This document shows positions 10,340-20,100 of a stretch of 64,000 bases of DNA, piece after piece (positions within the stretch are counted from its first letter, which is position 1; each line of letters opens with the position of its first letter). Below the pieces are notes generated by a model. That model did no database searches, had not been told where the DNA came from, and saw nothing but the letters and a program-made list of their open reading frames with translations. Both the position numbers and the translations under genes were made by a program. Source of the stretch: an uncultured Anaerolineaceae bacterium. GTDB taxonomy: Bacteria > Chloroflexota > Anaerolineae > Anaerolineales > E44-bin32. The stretch lies in NCBI GenBank assembly GCA_964475265.1, contig CAYYVY010000006.1, positions 761 to 64,760 on the forward strand. Reading direction: 5' to 3'.

Positions 10340-10371
10340 CGATCGGTGTAAACCTCTTAGTGACACGATCG
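10340..10371 (+). promoter_or_regulatory. long inverted repeat (operator or RNA hairpin) upstream of glnA
   Basis: The sequence is CGATCG(G)TGT-N13-ACACGATCG. Its core TGTAA-N9-TGACA resembles TnrA/GlnR-type half sites but has the wrong spacing. A second palindrome, ATTACgGTAAT, lies at about 10381-10391, abutting the SD. Confidence 0.35.
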
Positions 10372-10409
10372 CGTTCCGGTATTACGGTAATCCAAAGGAG
10401 GAGGGAACT

Positions 10410-11741
10410 ATGGTGAAAGAAGTGTTGAAAAAGGTGAAAGAGGACAACATCAAGTACGTATGTCTGCAGTTCACTGACGTAACAGGTGCGGTCAAGAGTG
10501 TGGATATTCCTGCTTCCCGCGTCGAAAAGGCACTGAAGGAAGGTGTTTGGTTCGACGGTTCATCCGTGCATGGCTTTGCCCGTATTCAGGAGAGCGACAT
10601 GCGTCTCCTGCCCGATGCGAATACATACGCAGTGCTGCCCTGGTCTCAACCCGAACGGCGGAGAGCACGCTTGTTTTGCGATATTTATCAGCCGGATGGA
10701 TCGTTATTTCCGGGCGATCCTCGGGGAGTGCTTAAAAGTATCCTGCAAAGGATTGAAGACCGGGGATGGAAAGCCAACATGGGACCCGAACCTGAATTTT
10801 TCCTGCTGCGCCGCAATGGTACGGACAGCATCAATCCAGTGCCCCACGATGTCGGCGGCTACTTCGACTTTTCTGCCAGTGATGAAGCGCAACGTGTCCG
10901 CACCGAATTGATGCTGGGACTATCGAGTATGGGTCTAGAAGTTGAGATGGGGCACCACGAGGTTGCTCTCGGGCAGCACGAAATCGATTTTCGCTTCGCC
11001 AACGCCCTGCACGCTGCGGACAACGTCGTCACGTTGAAGTACACCATCCGTGCTCTCGCGGCGAAGTATGGCTTGATCGCCACCTTCATGCCCAAACCGA
11101 TTTTCGGCATCAACGGATCGGGAATGCACACACATCAGTCGATCTTTTCCACGAAGGGCGAAAATCTCTTCTTTGATGAAAATGATCCGTTCATGCTTTC
11201 CTCCATTGCCTATGGCTACATCGCGGGACAGATCCAGCACGCACGAGCGTTGGCCGGAATCGTTGCGCCCACTGTGAATTCCTATAAACGCATCGTGCCC
11301 GGCTACGAGGCGCCGGTGTACGTATGCTGGGCGCAGATCAACCGCTCGGCGATGATCCGCATTCCGAAGTATTCGGGTCAGCCCGACTCGATTCGCGCCG
11401 AACTCCGCTTCCCGGATCCAACATGCAATCCCTACCTTGCTTTCGCCTGCATGCTTGCTGCCGGGTTAGATGGGATCGAACGAAAACTTGAATGCCCCGA
11501 ACCGGTCAACAACGTGAATATCTACGAAATGTCGCAAGAAGAGTTGACCGCCAGGAATGTCGGCCAATTACCCGGATCCCTTGGCGAAGCATTGGATGAG
11601 TTGGATAAGGATGAGGTATTGAAAGATACGCTGGGCGAAGAAGCCTATGAGGCGTTCGTACGAGCGAAGCGCGCAGAATGGGACGAATTCCGCACCAAAG
11701 TTATGGATTGGGAAGTTAAATACTACTTAGAGACGGCGTAG
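10410..11741 (+). CDS. glnA: glutamine synthetase, type I
   Basis: 443 aa preceded by the strong SD AAAGGAGGAGGG. GS-I sequence is present throughout (e.g. GSGMHTHQS, NPYLAFA). Confidence 0.95.
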   Translation: MVKEVLKKVKEDNIKYVCLQFTDVTGAVKSVDIPASRVEKALKEGVWFDGSSVHGFARIQESDMRLLPDANTYAVLPWSQPERRRARLFCDIYQPDGSLFPGDPRGVLKSILQRIEDRGWKANMGPEPEFFLLRRNGTDSINPVPHDVGGYFDFSASDEAQRVRTELMLGLSSMGLEVEMGHHEVALGQHEIDFRFANALHAADNVVTLKYTIRALAAKYGLIATFMPKPIFGINGSGMHTHQSIFSTKGENLFFDENDPFMLSSIAYGYIAGQIQHARALAGIVAPTVNSYKRIVPGYEAPVYVCWAQINRSAMIRIPKYSGQPDSIRAELRFPDPTCNPYLAFACMLAAGLDGIERKLECPEPVNNVNIYEMSQEELTARNVGQLPGSLGEALDELDKDEVLKDTLGEEAYEAFVRAKRAEWDEFRTKVMDWEVKYYLETA

Positions 11742-11781
11742 TTTTGCCTCTTTCACCCATGCGAGTCGAGGTTGAGGGGTA

Positions 11782-12471
11782 TTAGAACTGAAGGGGATTG
11801 AAATCCGTCCCCCGGTCGAAATAGTCTTCACCTTCGACTCGTTTGAGTGTGTTGACAATCTTGTAGGTCAGCGGCGTTGCCAATGCTTCGTAGCCGCTCT
11901 TGAAAAGCCATTGGCTCACGATCATGCCCACCAATATGGAAGCTGGGAGGGAGTAGAAAGCGATGGTGATGAAGATCAGTGAGTCGATGCCCTCACCTAC
12001 AAGGGTCGAAGCGATCGTCCGAATCCAGAGGAAACGGCCTTCTGTGGTCAGCTTGAGTCGGGCAAGCACGAGGGCGTTTAAAAATTCGCCGGCGAGGTAT
12101 GCCAGAAACGAGGCAAGCAGCAGCCGGGGAGTGAAACCCAGAATCGCCTGGTAGGCGCGCGTCGCTTCATCAGTGCTGGTGTAAACGCCGGCGGTCCATA
12201 TCGGGTCAGCGGGGAGCAGGCCGCCAATCCATATCGCGGCCACGGCCAGAAGGTTGCACCCAAATCCGATCCAGATCGCCTGTCGGGCACGGGCGTAACC
12301 GTATACTTCGGTCAGAACGTCCCCGAAAATGTAAGCAATGGGGAATAAGATCACCGCAGCCGGCAGGGTGATATTGAAAACGGTGAACAGCTTCACGGCG
12401 ATGATGTTCGATACGATCAACGTCGTGACGAAAACCGCGAGTACGGTCGGATACCAACGATATTTGTGCAT
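11782..12471 (-). CDS. queuosine-precursor transporter (YhhQ/Vut family membrane protein)
   Basis: A multi-TM ORF with the family-typical FGDVLTEVYGYARARQAIWIGF. I prefer the internal ATG at 12471 (MHKYRWYP...) because the longer form would overlap queF by 77 nt. Confidence 0.8.
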   Translation of the reverse strand: MHKYRWYPTVLAVFVTTLIVSNIIAVKLFTVFNITLPAAVILFPIAYIFGDVLTEVYGYARARQAIWIGFGCNLLAVAAIWIGGLLPADPIWTAGVYTSTDEATRAYQAILGFTPRLLLASFLAYLAGEFLNALVLARLKLTTEGRFLWIRTIASTLVGEGIDSLIFITIAFYSLPASILVGMIVSQWLFKSGYEALATPLTYKIVNTLKRVEGEDYFDRGTDFNPLQF

Positions 12472-12472
12472 T

Positions 12473-12886
12473 TCAGCCCAACTCTCCGCGCTTTCCGTGT
12501 TCGCAATCGACGCTGATGGCGATACCACCGCGTATGTTGAACTCGCCAACCACCCGACACCAGTGGGGATCCAACGCTTCGACGAGATCGTCCAGAATCG
12601 TATTCGTCACGTGTTCGTGAAAGACCCCTTCATCTCGAAATGACCATAAATACAGCTTGAAGGATTTTGATTCAAGGATTTTCTGATTGGGGATATATTC
12701 GACGTGAATCACGGCGAAGTCAGGTTGACCCGTCGCAGGGCATAAGCAGGTAAATTCTTCCGATTCCAAGCGCACCAAATAGCGGCGTTCGGGATGGCGA
12801 TTGGGGAATGCCTCCAGCTTCTTACTCGGCTGCGAGCCTTTTCCGAGCAGCGTGAGTCCTTCCAAATCTTTGGCATCCGTCATGTG
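12473..12886 (-). CDS. queF: NADPH-dependent 7-cyano-7-deazaguanine (preQ0) reductase, type I
   Basis: Contains the catalytic Cys context EEFTCLCPATGQPDF and the QueF motif ESKSFKLYLWSF. I prefer the start at ATG 12886 (MTDAKDLEG...); the upstream part of the track ORF overlaps the preceding gene. Confidence 0.9.
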   Translation of the reverse strand, partial: HMTDAKDLEGLTLLGKGSQPSKKLEAFPNRHPERRYLVRLESEEFTCLCPATGQPDFAVIHVEYIPNQKILESKSFKLYLWSFRDEGVFHEHVTNTILDDLVEALDPHWCRVVGEFNIRGGIAISVDCEHGKRGELG

Positions 12887-13839
12887 TGCCTCCCTTCGAC
12901 GGCTTTGGGCCGTCGACTGCGAATTTGCTCCCAGGTGCGACAGTATGCGCAGGTATCCGCTGCCGTCGTCGGCTGCCCGCAGGATTGGCATACCCGAAGT
13001 TCACGGAGGTCGTCGGAGCTGCCCTCACCGAGAAATCCGGATTCCTTCGCTCGCAGGAAAGAGAGGAAGAAGGACAGCTTCGCGCCCGGCTGTTTAGCTT
13101 CCATGGTGTTGAGCAGTTCCTTGTAATAGAGCGAGGTTGCCCCCGTTGCGTAAGGACACTCGTCGTGAATGTAATCGATTCCCCGCAGCAGCGCATAGGC
13201 AGCCGTTTCCCTCTCATAAAAGCGAAAGAACGGTTTGACCTTACGGGCTAATCCGGAACGCGCTTCGAGAACCGGACTTTGCCGCATGAGGTATCCGGTC
13301 GCCCAATTGATCGTATTGCCGAAAAGCACAGCGGCTTCGTCGTCTAAATTGTGCCCCGTGACGAGCACACCGTAATCCTGTTCTCGTGCGATTCGATTGA
13401 GGATATGCCGTTTGGCGAGGCCGCATACAGAGCACGGTCTGCCTTGTCCACGCAAGGTCAGTCGAGACGCTTCTGGAATCGAGAATCCTTCCAACGCCTC
13501 AATGGCCACAACCTGTAAACTCAATTTGCGGGTTTCGGCGAAGGTTTGCGCACACTGCTGGGACTTCAGGGAATAGTCCGTTCCGTTGTCGATACCCAGG
13601 TTGATATAGAGACCATCGGCATGGTATCCCAATCGGTCGAGAACGTCCCAGAGGCTCAAGGAATCCTTTCCACCCGAGACGGCGACAAGGATTCGTTCAT
13701 CCTTTGCGAACATGCTGTATTTTTCAATGAAGCGCTGCGTTTGCTGCGGGATCCAATCGAGGAAATGTTCTTTGCACAAGCCCAACTTGTGCTGTCGCAT
13801 GTTGATCACGGCTTTAACGCCGCATTTTTTACAATTCAT
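12880..13839 (-). CDS. TtuA/TtcA-family PP-loop tRNA 2-thiolation enzyme (Fe-S type, with terminal zinc fingers)
   Basis: 319 aa with an N-terminal CxxC...CxxH, the PP-loop SGGKDS, GHNLDDEA, cluster cysteines CSVC and DECPY, and a C-terminal CQSC...CAYC. Confidence 0.8.
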   Translation of the reverse strand: MNCKKCGVKAVINMRQHKLGLCKEHFLDWIPQQTQRFIEKYSMFAKDERILVAVSGGKDSLSLWDVLDRLGYHADGLYINLGIDNGTDYSLKSQQCAQTFAETRKLSLQVVAIEALEGFSIPEASRLTLRGQGRPCSVCGLAKRHILNRIAREQDYGVLVTGHNLDDEAAVLFGNTINWATGYLMRQSPVLEARSGLARKVKPFFRFYERETAAYALLRGIDYIHDECPYATGATSLYYKELLNTMEAKQPGAKLSFFLSFLRAKESGFLGEGSSDDLRELRVCQSCGQPTTAADTCAYCRTWEQIRSRRPKAVEGRHT

Positions 13840-13863
13840 GGATTAATACCGGCCCATCAGGAC

Positions 13864-14070
13864 TTATTCGTATTCGGAACCGCCAGAGATCACGGCGATC
13901 AAACGGATTTGCTCGCCGTCATTGAGAATCTCATCGTCTGTGATGAGTTCCCCATTTCTGGTAATGAGAACCGTCTCGGGCAGCACATCAATTTTCCTCA
14001 GTGCGTCTCGAGCCGTCATGCCCGCACGCACTTTGTACACTGCATCGCGTAACTCAATCGATATCGGCAT
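13864..14070 (-). CDS. ThiS/MoaD/TtuB-like ubiquitin-fold sulfur carrier, with a GG motif followed by 4 extra residues
   Basis: 68 aa ending ...IRLIAVISGGSEYE. Its size, the beta-grasp-like pattern and its position immediately upstream of the TtuA-like gene support the call. Confidence 0.6.
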   Translation of the reverse strand: MPISIELRDAVYKVRAGMTARDALRKIDVLPETVLITRNGELITDDEILNDGEQIRLIAVISGGSEYE

Positions 14071-14166
14071 ATTGAACCCAATTTCTCCCGGATTGTACCC
14101 AGCCGTCTGGGGTGAGTCAATGAAAGTTGAACCTGGCGACGAAACGGAGGGGATTGATTCTATGTA

Positions 14167-15081
14167 TCAAGGCGCGTTTGTCGATCCTTCGCCCACCAAT
14201 CGCTGTTCTTCTGTATACATGGCATTGAAAGCGGCGATGGCGATCGCCAGCATGTCGTCATCCGGTTCTTCTGTGGTCATGTTCTGGAGCCAGAGATTTG
14301 GGGTCGTGAGGATTTTCGCCAGGGAATGGTTGCGTATTTTCCCCGTGAAGCGGATGTACTCATAGGCCAGCGAAGCGAGCAGGGGGAGTAGAAGCAGGCG
14401 GCTTGTGATTCGAGCCAGCATGGGCAATGGACCTATGGCGCTGAAAAGCAGGATCGAAAATACAAACACGGTGAGTAGAAACGCCGTTCCACAGCGTGGA
14501 TGCTGGCGGGAGTAGGGCCGCACGTTTTCCACGCTCAATTCGGCGTCGTCTTCGAAGGCGTTGATCGTTTTATGTTCTGCACCGTGATACATGTAGACGC
14601 GGCGAATATCCGCAATGCCTCGAATGGCTGCGAGGTAGGCAAGCAGCAATCCCAGGCGCACGATCCCTTCAAGAAGATTGGATTGCCATGCGTTCCAGGA
14701 AAGAAATCGTTCCGTAAGGTAGGCGAATCCGATCGGCAGGAGCATGAAGACGGCTACGGCAAACAGGAGCGAGGGCACGAGCGTAAGGGCAAGCATTTTC
14801 CCTTCGATTTTCTCACCTTCCGGTACTTGAATGTTCGCCGAGAACACGAGCGCTCGAATACCGAGGGCGAGCGCGTCCCAGAGCGTAATCAAACCGCGTA
14901 TAAAAGGCAATTGAGCGATTCGGCTCTGATAAATTTTGCCGAGTTCTTCGGTTTCAACGACGATGGATTTGTCCGGCGCGCGAACCGCCATGGCGCAAAT
15001 CCGTTTTCCGCGCATCATCACGCCTTCGATTAAAGCCTGGCCGCCATACGACGGTAATCTTTCTTCCATGTTGTTCTTCAT
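14167..15081 (-). CDS. DUF1385-family membrane-associated protein
   Basis: 304 aa with an N-terminal GGQALIEGVMMRG and the central YHGAEHKTINAFE motif typical of DUF1385, plus several TM segments. Confidence 0.8.
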   Translation of the reverse strand: MKNNMEERLPSYGGQALIEGVMMRGKRICAMAVRAPDKSIVVETEELGKIYQSRIAQLPFIRGLITLWDALALGIRALVFSANIQVPEGEKIEGKMLALTLVPSLLFAVAVFMLLPIGFAYLTERFLSWNAWQSNLLEGIVRLGLLLAYLAAIRGIADIRRVYMYHGAEHKTINAFEDDAELSVENVRPYSRQHPRCGTAFLLTVFVFSILLFSAIGPLPMLARITSRLLLLPLLASLAYEYIRFTGKIRNHSLAKILTTPNLWLQNMTTEEPDDDMLAIAIAAFNAMYTEEQRLVGEGSTNAP

Positions 15082-15093
15082 CTCCCGATTGCC

Positions 15094-16464
15094 TTATTCT
15101 TTTACCGCTTCGAATAAGTAATGAATGTAGGTTTCGATGCCACGGTTAAACGTAGGGATGTGTTGTTTCTCGTTGGGGGCATGCAGGTTGTCGTCGGGTA
15201 AGCCGAATCCCATGATCAGGCTTTCCAATCCCAACAGCTCTTGAATGATGCCGACGACGGGAACGGAACCGCCCTGGCGCTGGAAGACGGGATCCTTCCC
15301 CCAAACTTCCCGAAAGGCTCGAATTGCTGCCCGCACGGAAGCCGAGTCGCGCTCACTGATCGACGGGTGGCCGCTCGATAGGTCCTCCAATTCCCAGGTC
15401 ACGGTTGGCGGGGCGTTCTCGGAGAGGTAAGCCTCCACTGCCGCTTTGATCTTCGCCGGATCCTGGTCGGGTACCAGGCGCAGGGAGAATTTCGCCATGG
15501 CTTTCGCAGGCAGCACGGTTTTCGAACCCTCACCTGTAAACCCGCTCAACAGGCCGTTTACGTCCAGCGTGGGGCGTGCAGTGGCTCGCTCCGCGGCAGT
15601 GTAACCCTCTTCGCCGAAAAGGACGGGAACCCCGGTCTGCTTGAGCCACCAGGAATCCGGCTTGGCGACCATCTCCCGACGGTCTTCATCCGTTAACGGA
15701 CGAACGTCGTCGTAAAATCCGGGAAGGGTGACCCTGCCGCTTCCGTCGCGCAGCCCTGCGATCAGCTCGCAAAGCACGTTGGCTGGATTATCGATCGCAC
15801 CGCCAAACAAACCGGAATGCAAATCGCTTTTTGCGCCCCGCAGGCGAAGTTCGAAATAAGCCAAACCGCGCAAAGTATACGTGAGAGAGGGGGTTTCAGG
15901 ATCCAGGATACCTGAGTCGCAGTTCAAACAAAATGTGCTGGAAAGGGTATCCTTGTGATCGCGGATAAAGTCGGCGAGATGGGGTGAGCCGACTTCCTCT
16001 TCTCCTTCGAGCATGAATTTGAGATTCACGGGAAGACGAGAAGTGCTCTGGATGGCCTTCACCGCAGTAAGAAAGGCGATCATCTGCCCTTTCATGTCGG
16101 AGGCGCCCCGAGCGTACAGATTTTCCCCACGTACCTGGGGATCGAAGGGATCGCTTTCCCATTCCTCCAGGGGTTCCGCAGGTTGTACGTCGTAATGACC
16201 GTAAACCAGGATAGTTGGACTCTCGGACTTGGCATCTAGGTACTCGGCGTACACCACAGGATGACCACCTGTTTCGATCGTTTTCGCGACTTTGCAACCC
16301 AGATCGCGCAGTTTGTCGGAGAACCACTCGGCCGCTCGATCAACGTCGGATTTATTTTCCGGCAGCGTGGAAATCGAAGGTATGCGCAGTATGGTCTTGA
16401 AATCATCGAGTGCGGCGTCTTGGTTTGTACGAGCCCAATTGATGGCAGACTCTCTGTCGGACAT
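15094..16464 (-). CDS. M20-family dipeptidase/deacylase
   Basis: 456 aa with the metal-ligand contexts VYGHYDVQP, ARGASDMKG and EGEEEVGS typical of the M20A/M20 dimerisation-domain family. Confidence 0.85.
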   Translation of the reverse strand: MSDRESAINWARTNQDAALDDFKTILRIPSISTLPENKSDVDRAAEWFSDKLRDLGCKVAKTIETGGHPVVYAEYLDAKSESPTILVYGHYDVQPAEPLEEWESDPFDPQVRGENLYARGASDMKGQMIAFLTAVKAIQSTSRLPVNLKFMLEGEEEVGSPHLADFIRDHKDTLSSTFCLNCDSGILDPETPSLTYTLRGLAYFELRLRGAKSDLHSGLFGGAIDNPANVLCELIAGLRDGSGRVTLPGFYDDVRPLTDEDRREMVAKPDSWWLKQTGVPVLFGEEGYTAAERATARPTLDVNGLLSGFTGEGSKTVLPAKAMAKFSLRLVPDQDPAKIKAAVEAYLSENAPPTVTWELEDLSSGHPSISERDSASVRAAIRAFREVWGKDPVFQRQGGSVPVVGIIQELLGLESLIMGFGLPDDNLHAPNEKQHIPTFNRGIETYIHYLFEAVKE

Positions 16465-16788
16465 GTGTGAACTCCTTACAGCCGAGTTGTATATCTGGTG
16501 TATCGCATTTCACGACACAACTGGGGCATGGCTATAATTTGCAATTCAATACGAAAGTTATGGAACGAATTATAATGGGTAACAGCGTTTCAACACATCA
16601 CACCAATTCTACCACTTCCAAATCCCATCATTCGTGCGGATCATTTTTCCTGGAAACGTTGAGCACGGTTAACTTTCGTATGTGCCAAATTTCACGATAT
16701 GTGATAGGTTTAACGTCTATCGGCTGGTCGTCTCGGGGTGCTATCATTCGTGAATGCAATATAATGGAGGACAAACGGGGTAACATCT

Positions 16789-17154
16789 ATGGAATTGCCC
16801 GTCGTCAATCCGTCTGAAGGAGATCTGCCGCCCGAAGAAGTCCGAATTCGGACGGTGTCGATTGACGTGCAAGCGGATCGTCGCCGAGTACGCATTTCGA
16901 TTGAGCTGACGCCGTTTCAAAGTCCCCCTGATCTTGCGGTGATGATTACAGATCGCGATCGTAGAGAACTGGTCAGTACGAATATCATCGGCGCCATGAA
17001 CAGTAAATTATCGTTTACCATGCATCTTCCCGAGCTCAGGCCTTCGAGTGATTGCATGCTTCATGCAGCAGTGGAATATCAGCAGCAGGGAAGAACTGAC
17101 GAGATGGAGAAGGCTTTTTCGCTAACCAGCACGTCGTCTGCAGCAGAAGATTGA
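16789..17154 (+). CDS. hypothetical protein (121 aa, no recognisable motif)
   Basis: This ORF follows a 325-bp AT-rich intergenic region. Its stop lies 7 nt before the start of the large regulator gene, which suggests co-transcription. I recognise no family. Confidence 0.5.
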   Translation: MELPVVNPSEGDLPPEEVRIRTVSIDVQADRRRVRISIELTPFQSPPDLAVMITDRDRRELVSTNIIGAMNSKLSFTMHLPELRPSSDCMLHAAVEYQQQGRTDEMEKAFSLTSTSSAAED

Positions 17155-17161
17155 GGGGCGG

Positions 17162-20100
17162 ATGGCAAGATACAGCTCCGTTCTACGGCACGCAATTACG
17201 CCACTGAGCTTCGATGTCGAATCCAAGGTGCATCGGGAGCACCTTGTCGATGAAATCCACGCGAACATTCCCCGCAAACTCATTATCGTGGCAGCCCCAG
17301 CAGGGTATGGGAAAACGACGCTGCTCGCCGATTTTACCAATCACACCGAATTGCCGGTTTGCTGGGTACGTCTTTCGGCGTTGGATCAAGACTTATTTCA
17401 TTTCGCCATGGTGCTCTCCAGCTCGCTGCAGCGACGTTTCAGGCGGTTGCAGGGGACGATTGATTTCAACTCGATTTCGGGTTATTCGCCTGAAGCCCTC
17501 GCACGCATGTTTGTCGAAGTGATCGATGCCAATATTAACGAGACCTTCGTCATCGCCCTGGATGACATTCATTGGATCAACAAATCCAAACCGATTCTGT
17601 CTTTTCTGGATCGTTTCCTGGAAGAACAGCCCGAACAGGTAACGCTCATCGCTTTGGGGAGGGAAGTGCTCGAGGTGTCCCTGGCAAAGTTCATGGCGGA
17701 GGGTAATCTGATTGGCTTTGGTCCGCAAGACCTGGCTTTGTCGAAAGAGGAAATCATTCAGCTGGCGCACATCCAATCCGATTTGGATATTGGTGAGGAC
17801 GCTGCAGAGCGGTTGCGGCACGATACGCGTGGTTGGATAACGGGCGTGATCCTTTCGGCGGAATTATCGGGTAGAGGGCTGCATGCGTTGAAGATGAGCT
17901 CGCGGCCAATGGTTTATGAATACCTGGCGTCGGTCGTGCTGAATCGGCAGCCGGACGATCTGCGTCGTTTCGTGCTAGACACTTCGGTTTTTCCGGTCAT
18001 GACGGTGGAGGGCTGTAATTATTTACTGCGGCGCGACGATAGTTCCGCCATGCTGGCTCGCATCGTCAGCCGGGGGTTGTTCGTCACGGCGACGGAGGAC
18101 AGTCCACGAACTTACGAATACCACCCGCAATTCCGTGAATTTCTATTGGAAACCCTCCTGGGTGGAGATGCCAGACATCACAAACGCTTGCTCATCCGTG
18201 CGGCGAAATACCTGGCCGATCACGATTCCCCTGAGTACGCCGTCGAACTTTTCTGCGACGCCGGAGAAGGTAAGAGTGCTGTTGAACTGGCCGAAAAACG
18301 TGCCCGCGAGATGTTTGTCAGCGGGCGTTGGCAAACCCTCGAAGTATGGGCGAGACGGCTTGAAGAGATTGATTCTCCCGCTCTGCGCGTGCTGCTGTTC
18401 CTCGCGGCGAAATATACCTATCAGGGAAGGATCGAGGAAGCGGAGCAAATCCTCGATCAAGCGAAGACAATGCTGGATCTGGATTCGCCTAAAAACGTGC
18501 GCGCGTATTACGAAATCCTTCGCGCCCACATCTCACTTCGTAGAGGATCATACGAGGTGGTTATCGAAATCGTCGAGCGCGCGGAGAAAATTTTAAAACC
18601 ATCCGGCAGACGATTGCAGAAAGCAGAATGTTATCGATTGCGTGCATGGGCATCCTCACGCCAGGGAGATCTACATTCAGCTGAATCCTATTGTGCGAAG
18701 GCGGTTGCATTACTGCGGAAGTCGGACGATCCATTGGAGTTGGCTTACGGTTTAATCGATCAATCCACAATGCAGATTGCCCTGGGCAAATCGTCGGAAG
18801 CGTACGCTACGACGAAGCAAGCACATCAAATCCTGCTGCAGGATGGCGCCCCACTGCCACTGTCGGTTTCCTTCATGAATCTTGCGCACGATTCGCATCA
18901 GCGTGGCGAGTATGAAGAGGCAATGGAGCTGTACAATGAAGGTCTCAAATATGCACGTCAGGCGGCTAGCCCACCGCAAGAAGCTTTAATTCTCTTCGGA
19001 CAAGCGGATTTATTTAACGATCTCAACCTCGCCCTGCAAGCCGCAGAGCTTTATGGTCTGGGATTGGATATCGCCATACATTTGGATGATTTTCAGCATA
19101 TCCGTTATGGCTGCGTGCAGACGAGTGTCCTGCATCGCAGGCGCGGGGGAAGCAGCCTGGCGCATGATTGGCTTCGACGTGCAATGAACCTCGAGAAAAC
19201 CAGCGATTTGACGCCGGAAATTTTGATCCAGTTGGCGGCCCTCGAATCGATGGTCAGACCTCAACAGGCTGTGATGAAGCTTAAATCGATCGTCTCCATG
19301 GAAAACGAAGTCGATGTTGGGATCATCACGTTGGGTCTCTATTTTCAATCGCGAGCGCAATATGCAATCGGGAATCGGGAGGAAGCCCAGAATACACTCA
19401 AACGTGCCCTCGATTGGGCAAACACCAACGGAACCGAGCAATTGCTGTCAGCAGAATTGTCTTTCGATGACGCTTTTCGTGAGTTTGCCAGAACTCGTCT
19501 GACCGGTCACCCGTCACTTTCAGTAGCCCTGCGCAGAGTGGAGACGATGCGAGCCGTCGCACAACATTACCGCAATATTGGCGAAGAAAAGGATCTTCGA
19601 GGTGTACGGCTTGTGTTTAAAGCATTCGGGGATGCACACGTTATCAAGAATGATACCCAGATTACGGATCTGAAACCGCTTGCCCGGGAAGTGTCGTTTT
19701 ATTTGATCGACCACCAGCATGTTGACCGGGATGTGCTCCTGGAGACTTTCTGGCGACACCATCCTCCTGGCCGACAAGTGGCGAATCTGCATACGGCTGT
19801 GTACAGCCTGCGGCGAGTTCTTGGCCGTTCGACAATTCTGCACGAAGGGTCGGTTTACTTGACCAATCCCGATATCCCCATTGAATACGATGTGGCTCGA
19901 TTTGAACGAGCTACGTCGGTGGCGGAGAGCCTGCCGATCGGTGATCCTCGCCGTATGTTCGCCCTCACAGAAGCGATCAACTCATACACAGGGTCCTTCC
20001 TATCGGAATTCGATTCAGATTGGGTCACCGAACGGCGCCGGGATTTGGAACTCCAGTATCTTGACTTGTTGGCGCAGCACGCCGAAGAGGCGCTGATCCG

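Noticed and set aside
12473-12991. Long forms of queF (to 12991) and of the YhhQ-like gene (to 12549)
   Set aside because: Both long forms overlap the preceding gene substantially. Internal ATGs at 12886 and 12471 give abutting, non-overlapping genes and family-typical N-termini.
16467-16817. 116-aa plus-strand ORF filling the AT-rich intergenic region
   Set aside because: It has no SD and no motifs, and it runs across three promoter-like hexamers into the start of orf121. It is more likely non-coding regulatory DNA.
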